From Torpedo marmorata (Eukaryota): 64,000 nucleotides of DNA. Shown here one piece after another: positions 50,054 through 62,924 of the stretch. The stretch is taken from contig OZ360243.1 of the NCBI GenBank assembly GCA_977017645.1, forward strand, positions 49,662,001 to 49,726,000. Reading direction: 5' to 3'. A model generated the notes under the pieces. That model was not told the origin of the DNA and did no database searches. It saw nothing but the letters and a program-made list of their open reading frames with translations. Position 1 is the first letter of the stretch. Each line of letters begins with the position of its first letter. Made by a program: the position numbers and the translations under genes.

Positions 50054-53000
50054 CATGGTGAAGCAGACACTAAGGAATGCAATGAGATTGATTCCCTGCA
50101 GGGAGCTCTTCCTGACGAAGGCAAAGAACTTGCCTCTGTTACACTTCAACTGGCAGAAGCTCAAAAGAATCAGCAGGTGTTGGACAAACCAGATTCAGAA
50201 TTGTCAGAAGATGGGATTGTCTGTCAAATAAGTGTGGAAGATAGAAATCAACTTACGCTTGAACAACAAGAAGCTATGCTGGCCATGGATAAGAATTTTA
50301 ATGTACATGCAGAGCAGAGGGAAGGAATGAGTACCATCATGGTGATGAAAGAAACGACGAGTTCAGGTGTTGATGAGGAGAGCACCATTGTTTCAGTAGA
50401 ACTGGAGGGGAAGGCTACTTCTGTTCATGTAGAACAGAGGAGTACAACAAATGTCCATCTGGAAGAGCATACTTTTTCCACCACAGAAGTGTACAGTTCT
50501 GGGGAACAACTGGAAAAGAGTTCCACCTCACATGGACAGCTGCAGATAGTTTTTGGAGAAGGCCAGGATAGTGAAATAACAAGAAGTATTCATGACGTTC
50601 ACGTGTTTCAAACTAAAGAATCTGAGAAACTGCAAGCACACATACAGGAACTTGAAAACAACATGGAAGAGGTGAAAGCCTTCTACAGCAAGCAGCTGCA
50701 GAACCAGGATGAGGAGCTTGTGGGCTTAAATCAGGTAATATTGGATTACAAGGAAGAAACAGTAAATTTAAAGGAAGCCATTAATAATCTGACTGTAGAA
50801 AAGAATCAGCTTCTCAGTCAAATTCAGCAGTACAGTGAAGAGTTGTCTCCAGTATCTGAACTAAAAGAAAAGCTGACAAAAGCAGAGGAACTGGCAGTCG
50901 ATGAAGAGAAAAGGAGCCTTTTGGCATTGGAAAACATGAGTATGCAGAACAGCTTATTGCAAGAGCAGCTTTGCAGTGCAGAAAATGAATCCAGGGCAAA
51001 GGATATGAAAATTGAAGCTCTGGAGCAGGAGATGGACAACATCCAGCATCAGGTCACGGACCAAGATGTGGTAGTTAAAGGTTTGCGAGGGGAGTTACAA
51101 GAGAAGGAAGAAATAACCTTGAACTTGGAGCAGCTTGTGAAAGAAGACCAATCCAAAATTGAGGAGCTTGTACAGAAACTGGCCCTCAAAGAACAGGAAT
51201 TGGTGAGTGTGCAGCAGGGTCTTTCTGAAAATGTTAGCAAAGTTCAGCAACTACAGCTGACTCTGTCAGAAAAAGACAGAGAAATGGCTGAGGTCACTGT
51301 GAGTATGTCTGAGAAAATGGTAGCACTGAACGAAGATAAATTTTCATTGGGAAACCAAGTGAAACAGCTAAAGGAGCAGCTGATATTGCTGCACAAAGAA
51401 CAGGAGGGGAAAGAAGCGGAGAAACCCACCAGTGAGCATGAGCAATCCACCAAGGAGGACGAACAGACTGACCTTTCACAAAAAGGCACAGACCAATTTG
51501 AGCTATTGGTTAGGGAGAAGGATGGTTTAAAGAAACAAGTAGAAAACCTGACACAGGAGAACGAGCAAATAAAAAGAAAGCTACAAGCTGCTTTAATAAA
51601 GAGAAAAGAGCTTTTAAAGAAAGTGGAAGAAATGAAACGGGAAGCACAGAATAGAGATTTTGAAAGAGAGGAAAGCTCTCCATTAGGGAACGAAGCAGGA
51701 TACAGTGACCTAAAATCATCAGAGCCGGTGAAGCCACATGAAGAAGCTCAAATCCAGGATCAACACACAGTTGATCTGATGAGGACACTTTCCGAGAAAG
51801 AAACCGATCTGAAGAATGTTCGGAAAGTTCTCCAAGATCAAGAAGCCGCTGTTAGTCACCTTCAGAATTTGGTAGAGGATCTAAGACGCGAGCTTCAGCA
51901 AAAAGCAGATCAGGTGAATTCTCTCGAGGCAACTATAATACCCAATCAGTCAACACTGCAACACGAGACAGAAAAGGATGCTGAGAATGTGGGCACTGAA
52001 GTAGATTCTGGTGGTGTGTCTGAGCCCATTGACACAATGGAAGAATCAGTAAAAAGTAAGCAAATGGAGCTTGAGTCTCAGCTCTCTAATTTGGAACGTG
52101 AGAAGGTTCAGCTGCAAAAGAAGCTTGAGGAAGCTGTGAGTTTGCGCAAGGACACCATCATGAAGGCTCAGGAGAAAACTAGACTCCATAGGGAGCAAGC
52201 GAAACAACAGAAGGAGGAATACAATGCTTTGCTGGAGAATTTCAATCAACAAAGTCAGGAGAAAGAAAGGATTTATGAAGAACTTTCAAGAGTGAAGAAG
52301 CAGCTGTTGGAAGAGAAGCCTCCGACAGTTGCAGATTTGCAACCAGAAAAACTACGTTGGGGGAATTCTGAGGAAGCAAATATCCCAAAGGAGGAATTGC
52401 CAGAGAGAAATCAGCATTTAGGTTGGAGCTATGAGTTGGCAGAATCTTCCAAAACAGAGGTGGTGGATGTACCTACACCAAGTGGTGAAGATCCTTTGGT
52501 GATGAAATTAAGAGAAGAACTTGAGAAGGTATATAATAAAAAAAATGATCTTGAATTAAAACTGCAGCATTTGGCAGATCTTGAACAGAGAATGGAGGAA
52601 GAAACCGCAGTGTCTCAGAATAAAATCTTGGAGCTGCAAGAAGCCCACCGCTTAGAGAAAGAAGAATTACTTAAAGAAGTTGATCTTCTGAGAAAAAGGT
52701 ATCAGGACACAGAAGCACATGCAGAAGATTGCATGTCAGTTTTAGAGGCAGCCAGAGCAGAAAGTTCTGTTTCTGAACACATTCTAACCGAGCAATACGA
52801 GGAGTTAAAGGTTGTTTTGCTCAAAAAAGATGAAGAAATAGAACATTTTAATATTCAACTGAAGGAAAAGGATGCACTTTTTGATCACCTGGAACAGAGG
52901 CTATCTGAGAAAGAAAAAATTGTTAATAACCTACAGTCTCAAATGGAACAGCAAGCAAAAGAGTTTGAAGATGAAAGAAAACTTCTTCAAATGGAGATCC

Positions 53001-55392
53001 TGGAAACTCGCCAAAAGCAAGAAGAAGATACTGAAGAGGCCAAGTCTAAACAGCAAATACAGAGGAAGCTACAAGCTGCCTTAATCTCGCGCAAAGAAAA
53101 TTTAAAGGCAAACAAGTCACTGAAGGAAGAGCTGGCTAACGTAACAACGTTGAAAGAAGAATTGAGTCGTAAGTTGAGTGAAACCGAGTCGGCTGCTGAA
53201 GACCTGAGGCAGGACAAAGCAGACCTTCTGACAAAGTTGTCAAATCTTCAGGAGCAAAAAGAAAAATTAATCGCAGAAGTAGACAAATTACTGATTGAAA
53301 ACCAGAATTGCAATGCTTCGTGTGAGAGCTTGAAGCTGATCATTGATGGCATTGCAGACGAAAAGGGGACCTTTCAACGGGAAATTGAATTCTTAAAAGG
53401 CGAACAAAAGGCAGAGAAGTTAGATTGGCAACGGAGACATGAGGAATTACAGAAGGAATATGAAACACTTCTACAGTCCTATGAGAATGTTAGTGGTGAG
53501 GTTGAAAGGATACAACGTGTAGTAGAGATTGGTAAACAGGAGAAGCAGGAGTTGATCAGCAGGATTCAAGTGGCTGAGGCTCAGAAACAAGAGGTAGAGA
53601 AACAACTTCAGGAGGCAATGCAAGAGCAGGAAGGAATGAAGGAAAAAATGAGGAAATTTGCTAAATCAAAGCAGCAGAAAATTATGGAACTTGGAGAAGA
53701 AATTGAGAGACTTCAATCAGAACAGCAGTTTGAACCAAGAATGCAGATTAAGCCAAATGAATCCTTGGAAAGACAACTTCAGGAGGAACTTCAGAAAGCA
53801 AAACAGGAAACTGAAGAGGTGATGAAAGAACTTGAGACATTAAAAGTTCAAAGGGATTTTTTGGAAAGAGAGACCAGTGTATTGAAACTGGAGTTGAAGG
53901 AGATGGCTGAAAAGCTGGAAAATAGTGAAAAAGCTTTAGATGAAAATCAAAGCAGCATCATTCATGAACAGGAAGTTAAAATGCAAGAAGCTATTGATGC
54001 ATCCATTGTAGTGGAAGTTAAACAAGAATTAACCAGTAAATTAGGTTCAGTAGAGTCGACTGCAATACATGCATCTCCTGATGACTCACAAGATCTTAAT
54101 GAAATTACCAAAAACAGACAAGAGTTGTCACAATTAATGGAAGAACGAGGACAGATGGAAAATGACAAGCAAATGATAGAGAATGAGATCCATGAATTGA
54201 AGAAAATAAACCAACTTTTGAAAAGTGAACGAGATAGTTTGGAAGAGCAACTGATTAAAAATAAAGACGAATGTGAGCAGATACACAAGACAGTCTCTGA
54301 GCTCGAGCTGGATAACCACCAATTAAAGCAAATAGTAGAAGAGGTAAAGAAAGAGAAAAGGTCTGTAAACTTGGATAAAGATGATCTGGAAGAACGACTG
54401 ATGAACCAGTTGGCAGAGCTAAACAGTAGCATTGCCAATTATCAGCAGGAATCAAAAGAACGTAATGACAAGATATCACATTTCGAGCTGACTGTGAGAG
54501 GGTACCAGAAACAGATTGGTGAACTAGAAGAAGAGGTGAGGCAACTCAAGAGAGAAAAGTTAGAAGCAACAGCCAAGTTGCAAAAGGACTTTGAGCAAAA
54601 GGTGAAGTCAATACAAAAGGGTAAAGAGGGAGGTAGAATTCACAACAAAGAACTACAGGAGCTGCTTAAGGAAAAACAGCAAGAGGTCAAGCAACTGCAG
54701 AAAGATTGCATTCGGTACCAGGAGAAGATCAGTGGTTCAGACAAAACAATCAGGGCATTGGAATTTGTTCAAGAAGCGACCCAGAAGAGTTTGGATGCTG
54801 CAAAGAAGGAAACAAAAACAGAATTGGAAAATTGCAAGAAGGCCCAGGCAGAGCTTCTGTCCTGTAAAGTCTGGCTCGATGATGCTCAAAGCGAGGTAGC
54901 GAGGATCCTGGCGGACAAATTGAAACTAAAAGAAGAACTTCATACTGTTGAAGACAAGGCCAGAGAGCAGGCCAACTGTATGGAAGAAGAGCAAAAGAGA
55001 AGGCTTAATCTAGAAAAAGACGAACATAGAAAGGAGCTGAAAAACATGCAAGAGAAAGTGGAACGTTTGGAGCGTGAGAAGAAGCATGCTGAAGACTCTA
55101 TTAAAGCACTGCAAAGCACGTTGGGAAAGAAGAAAGAAGAAACCAATCAAATTCAGGCAAATTTCAATGAAAATTTGGCCAAGTTGGCAGCCTTCACTCA
55201 TTGTATGTCCTCTTTGCAGAATGACCGTGATAGAATTATTGACGAGTCTAAGAAATGGGAAATAAAGTTCAAAGATGCAATAGTGAAGAAAGAAGAAGAG
55301 ATCAAGGACAAGGAAAACGATTGCAGCAGGCTGAGGGATGAACTCAGGCAGACCTCCATCCAGCACGAGGAACTGAAAATCAAGCTTTCCAG
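50054..55392 (+). CDS. GOLGB1: giantin coding exon 13 (giant coiled-coil exon, 5339 nt)
   Basis: tttag| acceptor in frame with the 1739-aa ORF; giantin-like motifs SMSEKMVALNEDKFSLG, RKLQAALIKRKELL, KEYETLLQSYENV, MKEKMRKFAKSKQQKI, LQKDCIRYQEKIS; donor ag|gtaaag, phase 2. Confidence 0.96.
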
Positions 55393-55503
55393 GTAAAGTA
55401 AATCAGAACGTATCATCAGTTGGTCTTGCCCATTGACGAGGCACATAATAAAATGTGTGTGGCTGACAGACAAGGACATTTGTCCTTTTTATTTTATCTA
55501 GAC

Positions 55504-55878
55504 CAGTGGTTTTCAAACTTTTTCTTTCCACTCACATACCACCTTAAGTAATCCCTATGCCATAGGTGCTCTGTCATTAGTAAGGGATTACTTAAGGTGG
55601 TATGTGAGTGGAAAGAAAAAGTTTGAAAACCACTGTTTTAATCGTACCTAATTGACTCGTTATGTGCGCGGTTTCATAACTCCAAAGAAAATGGGCCAAT
55701 GACAATTTTTCTCAAGCAAAATATTTCAGTAACAATTGGGTCTAGAGCAGTGGTTCTCAACCTTTTTTTCCCACTCACGTACCACCTTAAGTAATCTCTT
55801 ACTAATCACAGAGCACCTATGGCATAGGGATTACTTAAGGTGGTATGTGAGTGGAAAGAAAAAGGTTGAAAACCACTG
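55504..55878. mobile_element. composite hAT (Charlie-like) MITE, 8-bp TSD
   Basis: TIR cagtggttttcaa; atctagac at 55496-55503 and 55879-55886; two hairpin units (55504-55635, 55748-55878) around a 112-bp spacer. Confidence 0.92.
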
Positions 55879-56009
55879 ATCTAGACCAAGTACAGAGAGT
55901 CTGGATCAGCAACTTCCCCAAGACAAGGATAATAAAAGGCTCAATTTCTATTGGTCTTATCATTCTGCTATAAAGTGTTCATATTCAGTCTTGTTTCTTT
56001 TCATTAATA

Positions 56010-56230
56010 CAGTAAAACCCCTGGTATCCGGCACCTATGGGGATTGGTAGATGCCGGATAATTGAATTTTCCGGTTGCTTGAGATTGCGTGTTGCATGAT
56101 TGGCGAACTAACGGCAAGGCGCGCCAATTTTAAACTTCCATATTTTTTAAACTTATTTATTTTCCGCGATTTTTTTTGCCAGTTGCTTGAGGCTGCCGGT
56201 TGCTTGAATTCCAGATAACTGGTTTTACTA
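56010..56230. mobile_element. Tc1/mariner (Tigger-like) MITE
   Basis: ta|cagtaaaacc..ggttttacta|ta; internal ccggttgcttga repeats. Confidence 0.7.
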
Positions 56231-56789
56231 TAATAACTTAACCATCCACTCCCTTCACCCTGGAACACTATGATTGCCTTAATCAGTAGTTCCTCCCAAG
56301 CTCATGATTCCTACCTCCTAGTATGAAAAGAGCAGCAACAACACAGCCACCACAAATTCTATTGTATTCCATCTTGGGCTTCTAAAGCCATTCCACATTG
56401 TGGCACGTTTTAAGTCCTGGAACGGTATCCGAGCAACAATTCAGGACAATGCCAACTTTACTAGCAGTGATTTGGATGGGCTTTTGCCTTTCACTAAGGT
56501 CAGGGGAATGAACACAACTGGTCATTCTTGATATTTAAGAACTCTAACCTTGCATGAACGTTTTTATCATGCCCTTCACAAATTATTCAAGCCTTTCAGC
56601 TTTGGTAGCTTAATATGGACCTTGACTTTCTTGGAAAGCAAGTCACTTCAGTGAAAGTATTGAGTGATCAATTTTCAATGAAAGTGCTTATTTGAAGTGC
56701 TTTCACTAAGTATTTGTGACATACAATTAAATAATCAATATCAGTTTGATTAGATCTAATCTAGATTCTAGATTGTTTAGATCAAATCT

Positions 56790-56986
56790 AGATTGTTTAC
56801 ACCTAATTGACCTACAATCCTGGTACGTTTTGAAGGGTGGAAGGAAAGCGGAGCACCCGGAGGAAACCCACGCAGACATGGGGAGAACGTACAAACTCCT
56901 TACAGACAGCGCAGGATACGATCCCCAGTCCCGATCGCTGGTGCTGTAATAGCGTTGCGCTAACCTCTATGCCAACCGTGCCGCCC
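56790..56986 (-). mobile_element. V-SINE
   Basis: ggaggaaacccacgcagacatggggagaacgtacaaactccttacagacagc..gccaaccgtgccgccc. Confidence 0.88.
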
Positions 56987-57108
56987 TGATTCATCATTAT
57001 TATCGACCCAAAACGTTAACTCTCTCTCACCGCAGTTATTCCCTGGCCTGCTGAGTATTTCTGGTATTTTCTGTTTTTATTGATTATCAATATTGTGGAT
57101 CCTCCTAG

Positions 57109-59047
57109 GATGGAGCACAATGAGCAGGAATGGAAATCAAAGTTGAGAATCGAAGAAGAGAACCAGAAGCAAATGATGCAGAAGGCTCAGGATGAAAACA
57201 GGCAACTCTTTTCAAAATCTGAAGAATTCCAGAAGCTGCACAAGGATTCTCAGAATGAACTGCTGAAATTATCAGAAGAAGCTAAGAGCCTGAGAGAACA
57301 AATTGCTGATTTGAACAGTTCCCTGGAGAAATCTGAGATGACCAAGGGGGACCTGGAAAAATATCTGAGAGAGCGAGAAGCAGAGCTACAAAATTCTGTG
57401 CTAACCTGCGAGCAGCTCGAGTCTGACCTCCAAAACTCCAAAGCTTTAACGGAGAAGCTCCATGAAGAGACTGGGGAAAAAGAGGAAAAGATCGTTGCAC
57501 TCCTGGCCGCAAAAGAGGAAGCCGTTGCCAGCGCCATTGCTGAAGTCCAACAGCAGCATGCTGAAGAAATAGGCCACTGGGATAGTCAGGTTAAACAGTT
57601 AGAAAAGGAGAAATCTGAAGGAGAGCAAGCAATCGGAAAATTGCAGAGGGAAACCGAAGATCTGGGGGCAAAGCTGAGGCAAACTGAGGACGAATTAAAG
57701 CAGCACAAGATAAAGCTGGAATCATTAACAAAGTCCATGGCCTCTCTCCAGAATGACCGCGAGAGAGTACTGAGTGACTACAAACTACTGGAGCAAAGGC
57801 ACATTGATGCGATTATGGAAAAAGATCAGCTGATCCAGGAGGCTGCCACTGAGAACAACAAACTCAAGAATGAATTTAGGAGCCAGCAAGGAGAGAGGGA
57901 TGATTTGAATTCAGAAAATGCCAAACTCAATGCACAGCTTGTGAGATACAGGGAAGATCTCAATCAAGTGATTTTACTGAAGGATTCTCAGCACAAGCAG
58001 TTCCAAAAAATTCAGCTCGACAAAATCAAAGCATTGGAAAATGAGAAAACTGAAGTGGAGCAGAGGATACAAGAAGTGGAGAACAGTTTAAAAGCACTAG
58101 AGCAGGGAAATGAAGCACTGAAAGAAGAGAAGCAGAAACAAACCGAACAGTTGCAGTTGTCAGAGAAAATCACTGATGAACTGAAGGAAGAAGTGAAAAG
58201 ATTAACAAGTGGTGGGCCTGTTCAGATGCTTCAGAAACAGCTGGATGAAAAAGTAATGGAGATTGAGAAACTGACCGCCAATCTTGGCTCCAAGCAGGAG
58301 AAGGAAGCTGAGCTTGAGCTGAAAGTAGTGATGGTTGAAGAAGAATCAAAGCAGAAACTCATTGACACTGAAGCCAAGTACGAGAAGGAACTCGAAAATT
58401 TGCAGCATAATGCAGGCATTATGAGAAATGAAACCGAAACTGCAGAGGAGAGGGTGGCTGAACTGGCAAGAGACCTTATGGAGACTGAGCAGAGATTGCG
58501 AAAAGCCATGGAAAAAATTGACCAACTCCAGGGACAGAGCCAATCGTTTGGGAAAGCCATGAGTTCCTTGCAGGACAACCGAGATGATCTCCTGGGCCAA
58601 CTCGAAAAGTTACAGAGCAAATACGTATCTGACTTAGAGCTGGAAAAGAGCAAAAGCGAAGAATTGTACCAAGAGCTTTCCCAGTCTAAAATGCAATGTG
58701 GTGAATTGGTAGAAGAGAAGAACAGCCTCTCCACAGCGTTGACAGCTTGGAAAAACAATACCATTGAAGACAGCTTGTTGGCCCGCATTGATGAACTGAA
58801 CACACAACTGTCTTCCAAGCAGCAAGTTGTGCATGACTTAACCTTAGAACTAGAAAGCTCAGCCAATCAGATAAATTCATTTTCCAAGACTGTAATGACT
58901 CTACAGGATGAGAGGGATAGGCTGATGGATGAAGTGGCCAAATCGAAAAAGGTTCATGAAGTAAAGCAGGGGTCCACTTCAAAGCCAGGCGAGGTGCAGA
59001 GTCTGAGAAATGCCTTATCTTCATTGCAGAATGATCGAGATAGACTG
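57109..59047 (+). CDS. GOLGB1: giantin coding exon 14 (1939 nt)
   Basis: cctag|g MEHNEQEWKSK..SLRNALSSLQNDRDRL|gtaact; motifs LIQEAATENNKLK, MRNETETAEERVAELARDL; phase 2 to 0. Confidence 0.95.
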
Positions 59048-59748
59048 GTAACTATGGTTTCTGTCATTCAGCTTCATGTACCTTCTGTGTTACTCAAGGT
59101 TATATATTTGTGTTTTAACTGTCCTCCTCAGCTACATTTAATCCATATCTCAATTCACACCTTTCACTGTCAACCTTCCTGACTGTTATCATTTTCTGAC
59201 TGGTAATGCCACAATTTTAAAATTGTGTTCTTGTGTTCAAATTCTTACAGCATCTCCATTCAACGTACAGTGTAGCAATACGTCCCATGGCATGTCTTGG
59301 GCATGCTGTAAAATATAATTTGACGATGAGCTTTGTTAGCCTGGATAGCCAAAAGCTTGATCACAGATACACGCTTTAAGGTTACCATGTAGCTTGAAGA
59401 GTTTTAGAGAAGAAATTCCAGAACTTGGGTCATGGACAGATCAAGCTTTGATCATCAATGTTGGAGCGATTAAAATCAGAGATCAGCACGGAAGGGTTTT
59501 AGGAATTAAGGTGGTTCAAGGGTGGAGAAAATGAAGATAATTAAGTTAGCTTCTTTTAGGTAAAGATGATTGTAATATAAAAACTGAAATGCTGGAAATA
59601 CTCAGGCAGTATCTGTGGGAAGTGAACAGAGCTAACATTGAGGTTTCCTGGCACGTACTCTTCGATGTGAAACATTAGCTGTTTCTCTTCCCAATGATCC
59701 GGCCTACAGTGTATTACTAACAGTTCTGTCTTTATTTTACATTTCCAG

Positions 59749-60993
59749 CATAGAACCATTGAAAAATTACAGCACAGAAACAGGCCCCTTCGGCCCTTCT
59801 AGTCTGTGCTGAACCATTTGTTTGCCTAGTCCCACTGACCTGCACCCAGTCCATAACCCTCCATACCTCTCCCATCCATGTACCTGTCCAAATTCTTCAT
59901 AAATGTTAAAATTGAGCCCGCATTCACCACTTCAGCTGGCAGCTCATTCCACACTCCCACCACTCTCTGTGTGAAGACGTTCCCCCTCATGTTCCCCCTA
60001 AACTTTTCCCCTTTCACTCTTAACCCATGTCCTCTGGTTTGTATCTCACCTACCCTCAGTGGAAAAAGCCTATCTACATTTACTCTGTCTATCCCCCTCA
60101 TAATTTTAAATACCTCTATCAAATCTCCCATCATTCTTCTACACTCCAGGGAATAAAGTCCTAACCTGTTTAACCTTTCCCTGTAACTCAGTTCCTGAAG
60201 TCCGGGCAACATCCTAATAAATCTCTGCACTCTTTCTATCTTATTGATATCTTTCCTGTAGTTAGGTGTCCAAAACTGCACAAAATACTCCAAATTTGGC
60301 CTCACCAATGTCTTATACAACTTTACCATAACATCCCAACTCCTACACTCAAAACTTTGATTTATGAAGGTCAATATGCCAAAAGCTTTCTTTACCTATC
60401 CACCTGTGACGCCACTTTCAGGGAATTATGTATCTGTATTCCCAGATCCCTCTGTTCTACCGCACTCCTCAGTGCCCTACCATTTACCGTGTACGTCCTT
60501 TCTTGGTTTGTCCTTCCAAAATGCAACACCTCACACTTCTCTGCATTAAATTCCATCTGCCATTTTTCAGCCCATTTTTCCAGCTGGTCCAGATCCCTCT
60601 GCAAGCTTTGAAAACCTTTCTCGCTGTCCACAATACCTCCAATCTTAGTGTCACGTGCAAACTTGCTGATCCAATTTACCACATTGTCATCCAGATCATT
60701 GATATAGATGACAAACAACAATGGTCCCAGCACCGATCCCTGAGGCACACCACGAGTCACAGACCTCCAGTCTGAGAAGCAATCATCCACCACTACTCTC
60801 TGGCTTCTCCCGTCCAGCCATTGTCGAATCCAGTTCACTACTTCACCATGAATACCTAGCGTCTGAACCTTCCTGACTAACCTCCCATGTGGGATCTTGT
60901 CAAAGGCCTTACTAAAGTCCATGTAGACAACATCCACAGCCTTTCCTTCGTCAACCTTCCTGGTAACCTCCTCGAAAAACTCTATAAGATTGG
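59749..60993 (-). mobile_element. CR1 LINE 3' fragment, about 1.2 kb
   Basis: DVVYMDFSKAFDKIPHGRL..GVPQGSVLGPLLFVIYINDLD..LVRPNLEY..; tail. Confidence 0.93.
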
Positions 60994-61620
60994 TAGATCT
61001 CTATAAGATCTGTAGATTTTTAAAACATTTTAATTTAAAGATATTTATGTGAAAGTTCCTGTATTTTTTTTATTTTCTCTGTAATTGGGGCTCTGGGCAA
61101 GGCTTTTCTTTTTTTCCCCATTTCTCACTGCACTGAGGTTGCAGAGATCTTTTTGTTGTTTTGCCAATAAAACCTGAAAATGCAAACATTATCTTGCTCA
61201 TGACCCAAAAAGGACATTGATTTCTTGACATAAAATTCACCCATTTCCCCCCATGAGGGGATATTTAAGAAAACAAAATCTGAAAATTGCCAACCATATC
61301 CATGTAGGGTATGAGAGAAATCAGATTGTGTGTGGAGCTAGATGCAGACAATTCTAGTTACAAATCAAAGGGGAGGTGCTGCCCTCTGCTGCCAAGGCCC
61401 TGCATTGTCGTATCCACACTTGCATTGTACCATTGTCCAATGCTGGAGTCCTGCATTCTGCAGGTGGCTTTCCCCCACATCTGCCCTTCCTGAATCACTG
61501 TGCTGCACTGTTTGACCTGTCCCAAGGTGTCATAGTCTTGATGTTGTGTTGGTATCTTGCACTCTGACACCTCATCTGCAGTGTTTTTTATTGTTCAATT
61601 TTTCCCAATTTTGATACCAG

Positions 61621-61799
61621 CTGAAGGAGTTGAAAGGTCTCCAGAGGCAGTATGTGAGGATTGGGGAGGAGACAGCAGAAATATCTCAGCTCCAGGCCCA
61701 GATGGAAGACCAAAAGCAACAGATAGCTAATTACCAAGTGTCCCAGGAGCAACTGAAGCAAGAACATAGTGCCTGCCAAGAAGAATTAGGATACCTACG
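61621..61799 (+). CDS. GOLGB1: giantin coding exon 15
   Basis: ccag|LKELKGLQRQYVRIGEE..CQEELGYL+cg|gtaatt; 179 nt. Confidence 0.92.
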
Positions 61800-61983
61800 G
61801 TAATTATTTGGTTGTTTGCACCATTCATTTTGGATGCTGCTTTTAGCTTGTTCACCTTTTTGGTTTTGTTTCCCGAGCACAGTATCATTGCTGCTACTCC
61901 AGAATTATAGGTATGAGCAATGAAATGTCAATGGTTGTTACACTCGAGGAGGAATATTTTGTTTTTGTCAGCAAGAGTTAGAT

Positions 61984-62356
61984 CAGTGGTTTTCAAACTT
62001 TTTCTTTCCACTCTCATACCACTTTAAGTAATCCCTATGCCATAGGTGCTCTGTGATTAGTAAGGGATTACTTAAGGTGGTATGTGAGTGGGGAAAAAAG
62101 GTTGAGAACCACTGCTCTAGACCCAATTATTACTGAAATATTTTGCTTGAGAAAAATTGTCATTGGCCCATTTCCTTGAGTTATGAAACCGTGCACATAA
62201 CGAGTCAATTAGGTACGATTAAAACAGTGGTTTTCAAACTTTTTCTTTCCACTCACATACCACTTTAAGTAATCCCTTACTAATCACAGAGGACCTATGG
62301 CATAGGGATTACTTAAAGTGGTATGTGAATGGAAAGAAAAAGTTTGAAAACCACTG
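61984..62356. mobile_element. composite hAT MITE, second full copy, opposite orientation, 8-bp TSD
   Basis: agttagat at 61976-61983 and 62357-62364; spacer is the reverse complement of 55636-55747. Confidence 0.92.
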
Positions 62357-62683
62357 AGTTAGATGGACTGAATCATCTAATTGAATTGCCATAATTTTTT
62401 ATGATTCTTTGGAATGTTTGTATTTATTTAGTCCACAAATATTCTCTTCAAAATCCACATTGATATTTTAAATGTTGTTACATAAAGCAAAGATGACAGT
62501 CATTTAGGACTTCCCATAGACAGTGAGGGAAGGAGAAGCCTGGATTATATCCTATAGATGGTATTGAAAGAAAGGACACGTCTTAACTTGTATCCTGTTG
62601 AAGCCCTGGGCCAACCAAATGAGTTTGGGTGATATCTCATTGATCCCATCCCATGTTTGAAATTCCATTGCTTTGGTTTGCAG

Positions 62684-62819
62684 GTCGGAGAAATTGTCTT
62701 TTGCTGCACAGAGTGAGAGACTGAAGGAGCAGTATCTGATTGCCGTGTCAGATAAAGACAAACAGATCCACGAGCTTCAGAACACGTGCCAGGAGATGAG
62801 ACTGAAGTTGATGCAGCAG
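62684..62819 (+). CDS. GOLGB1: giantin coding exon 16
   Basis: tgcag|g SEKLSFAAQSERLKEQYLIAVSDKDKQIHELQNTCQEMRLKLMQQ|gtacca; 136 nt. Confidence 0.92.
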
Positions 62820-62924
62820 GTACCAAGCTACTCTTGTTTTGGTTTTTTTCTGAGTTTTCTAACCGATTGTGGCTCGGGAACTAAGTTATTTCCATTTAGT
62901 TAACTAACTAAAACTGTGAACATT

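Noticed and set aside
50177-55396. Standalone 1739-aa gene, or prokaryotic SMC/tape-measure-like protein
   Set aside because: Bounded by splice sites in phase with neighbouring giantin exons; the stop codon lies in the donor site
50814-59024. Multiple minus-strand Ser/Phe/Leu-rich ORFs
   Set aside because: Antisense shadows of Glu/Lys/Gln-rich giantin codons
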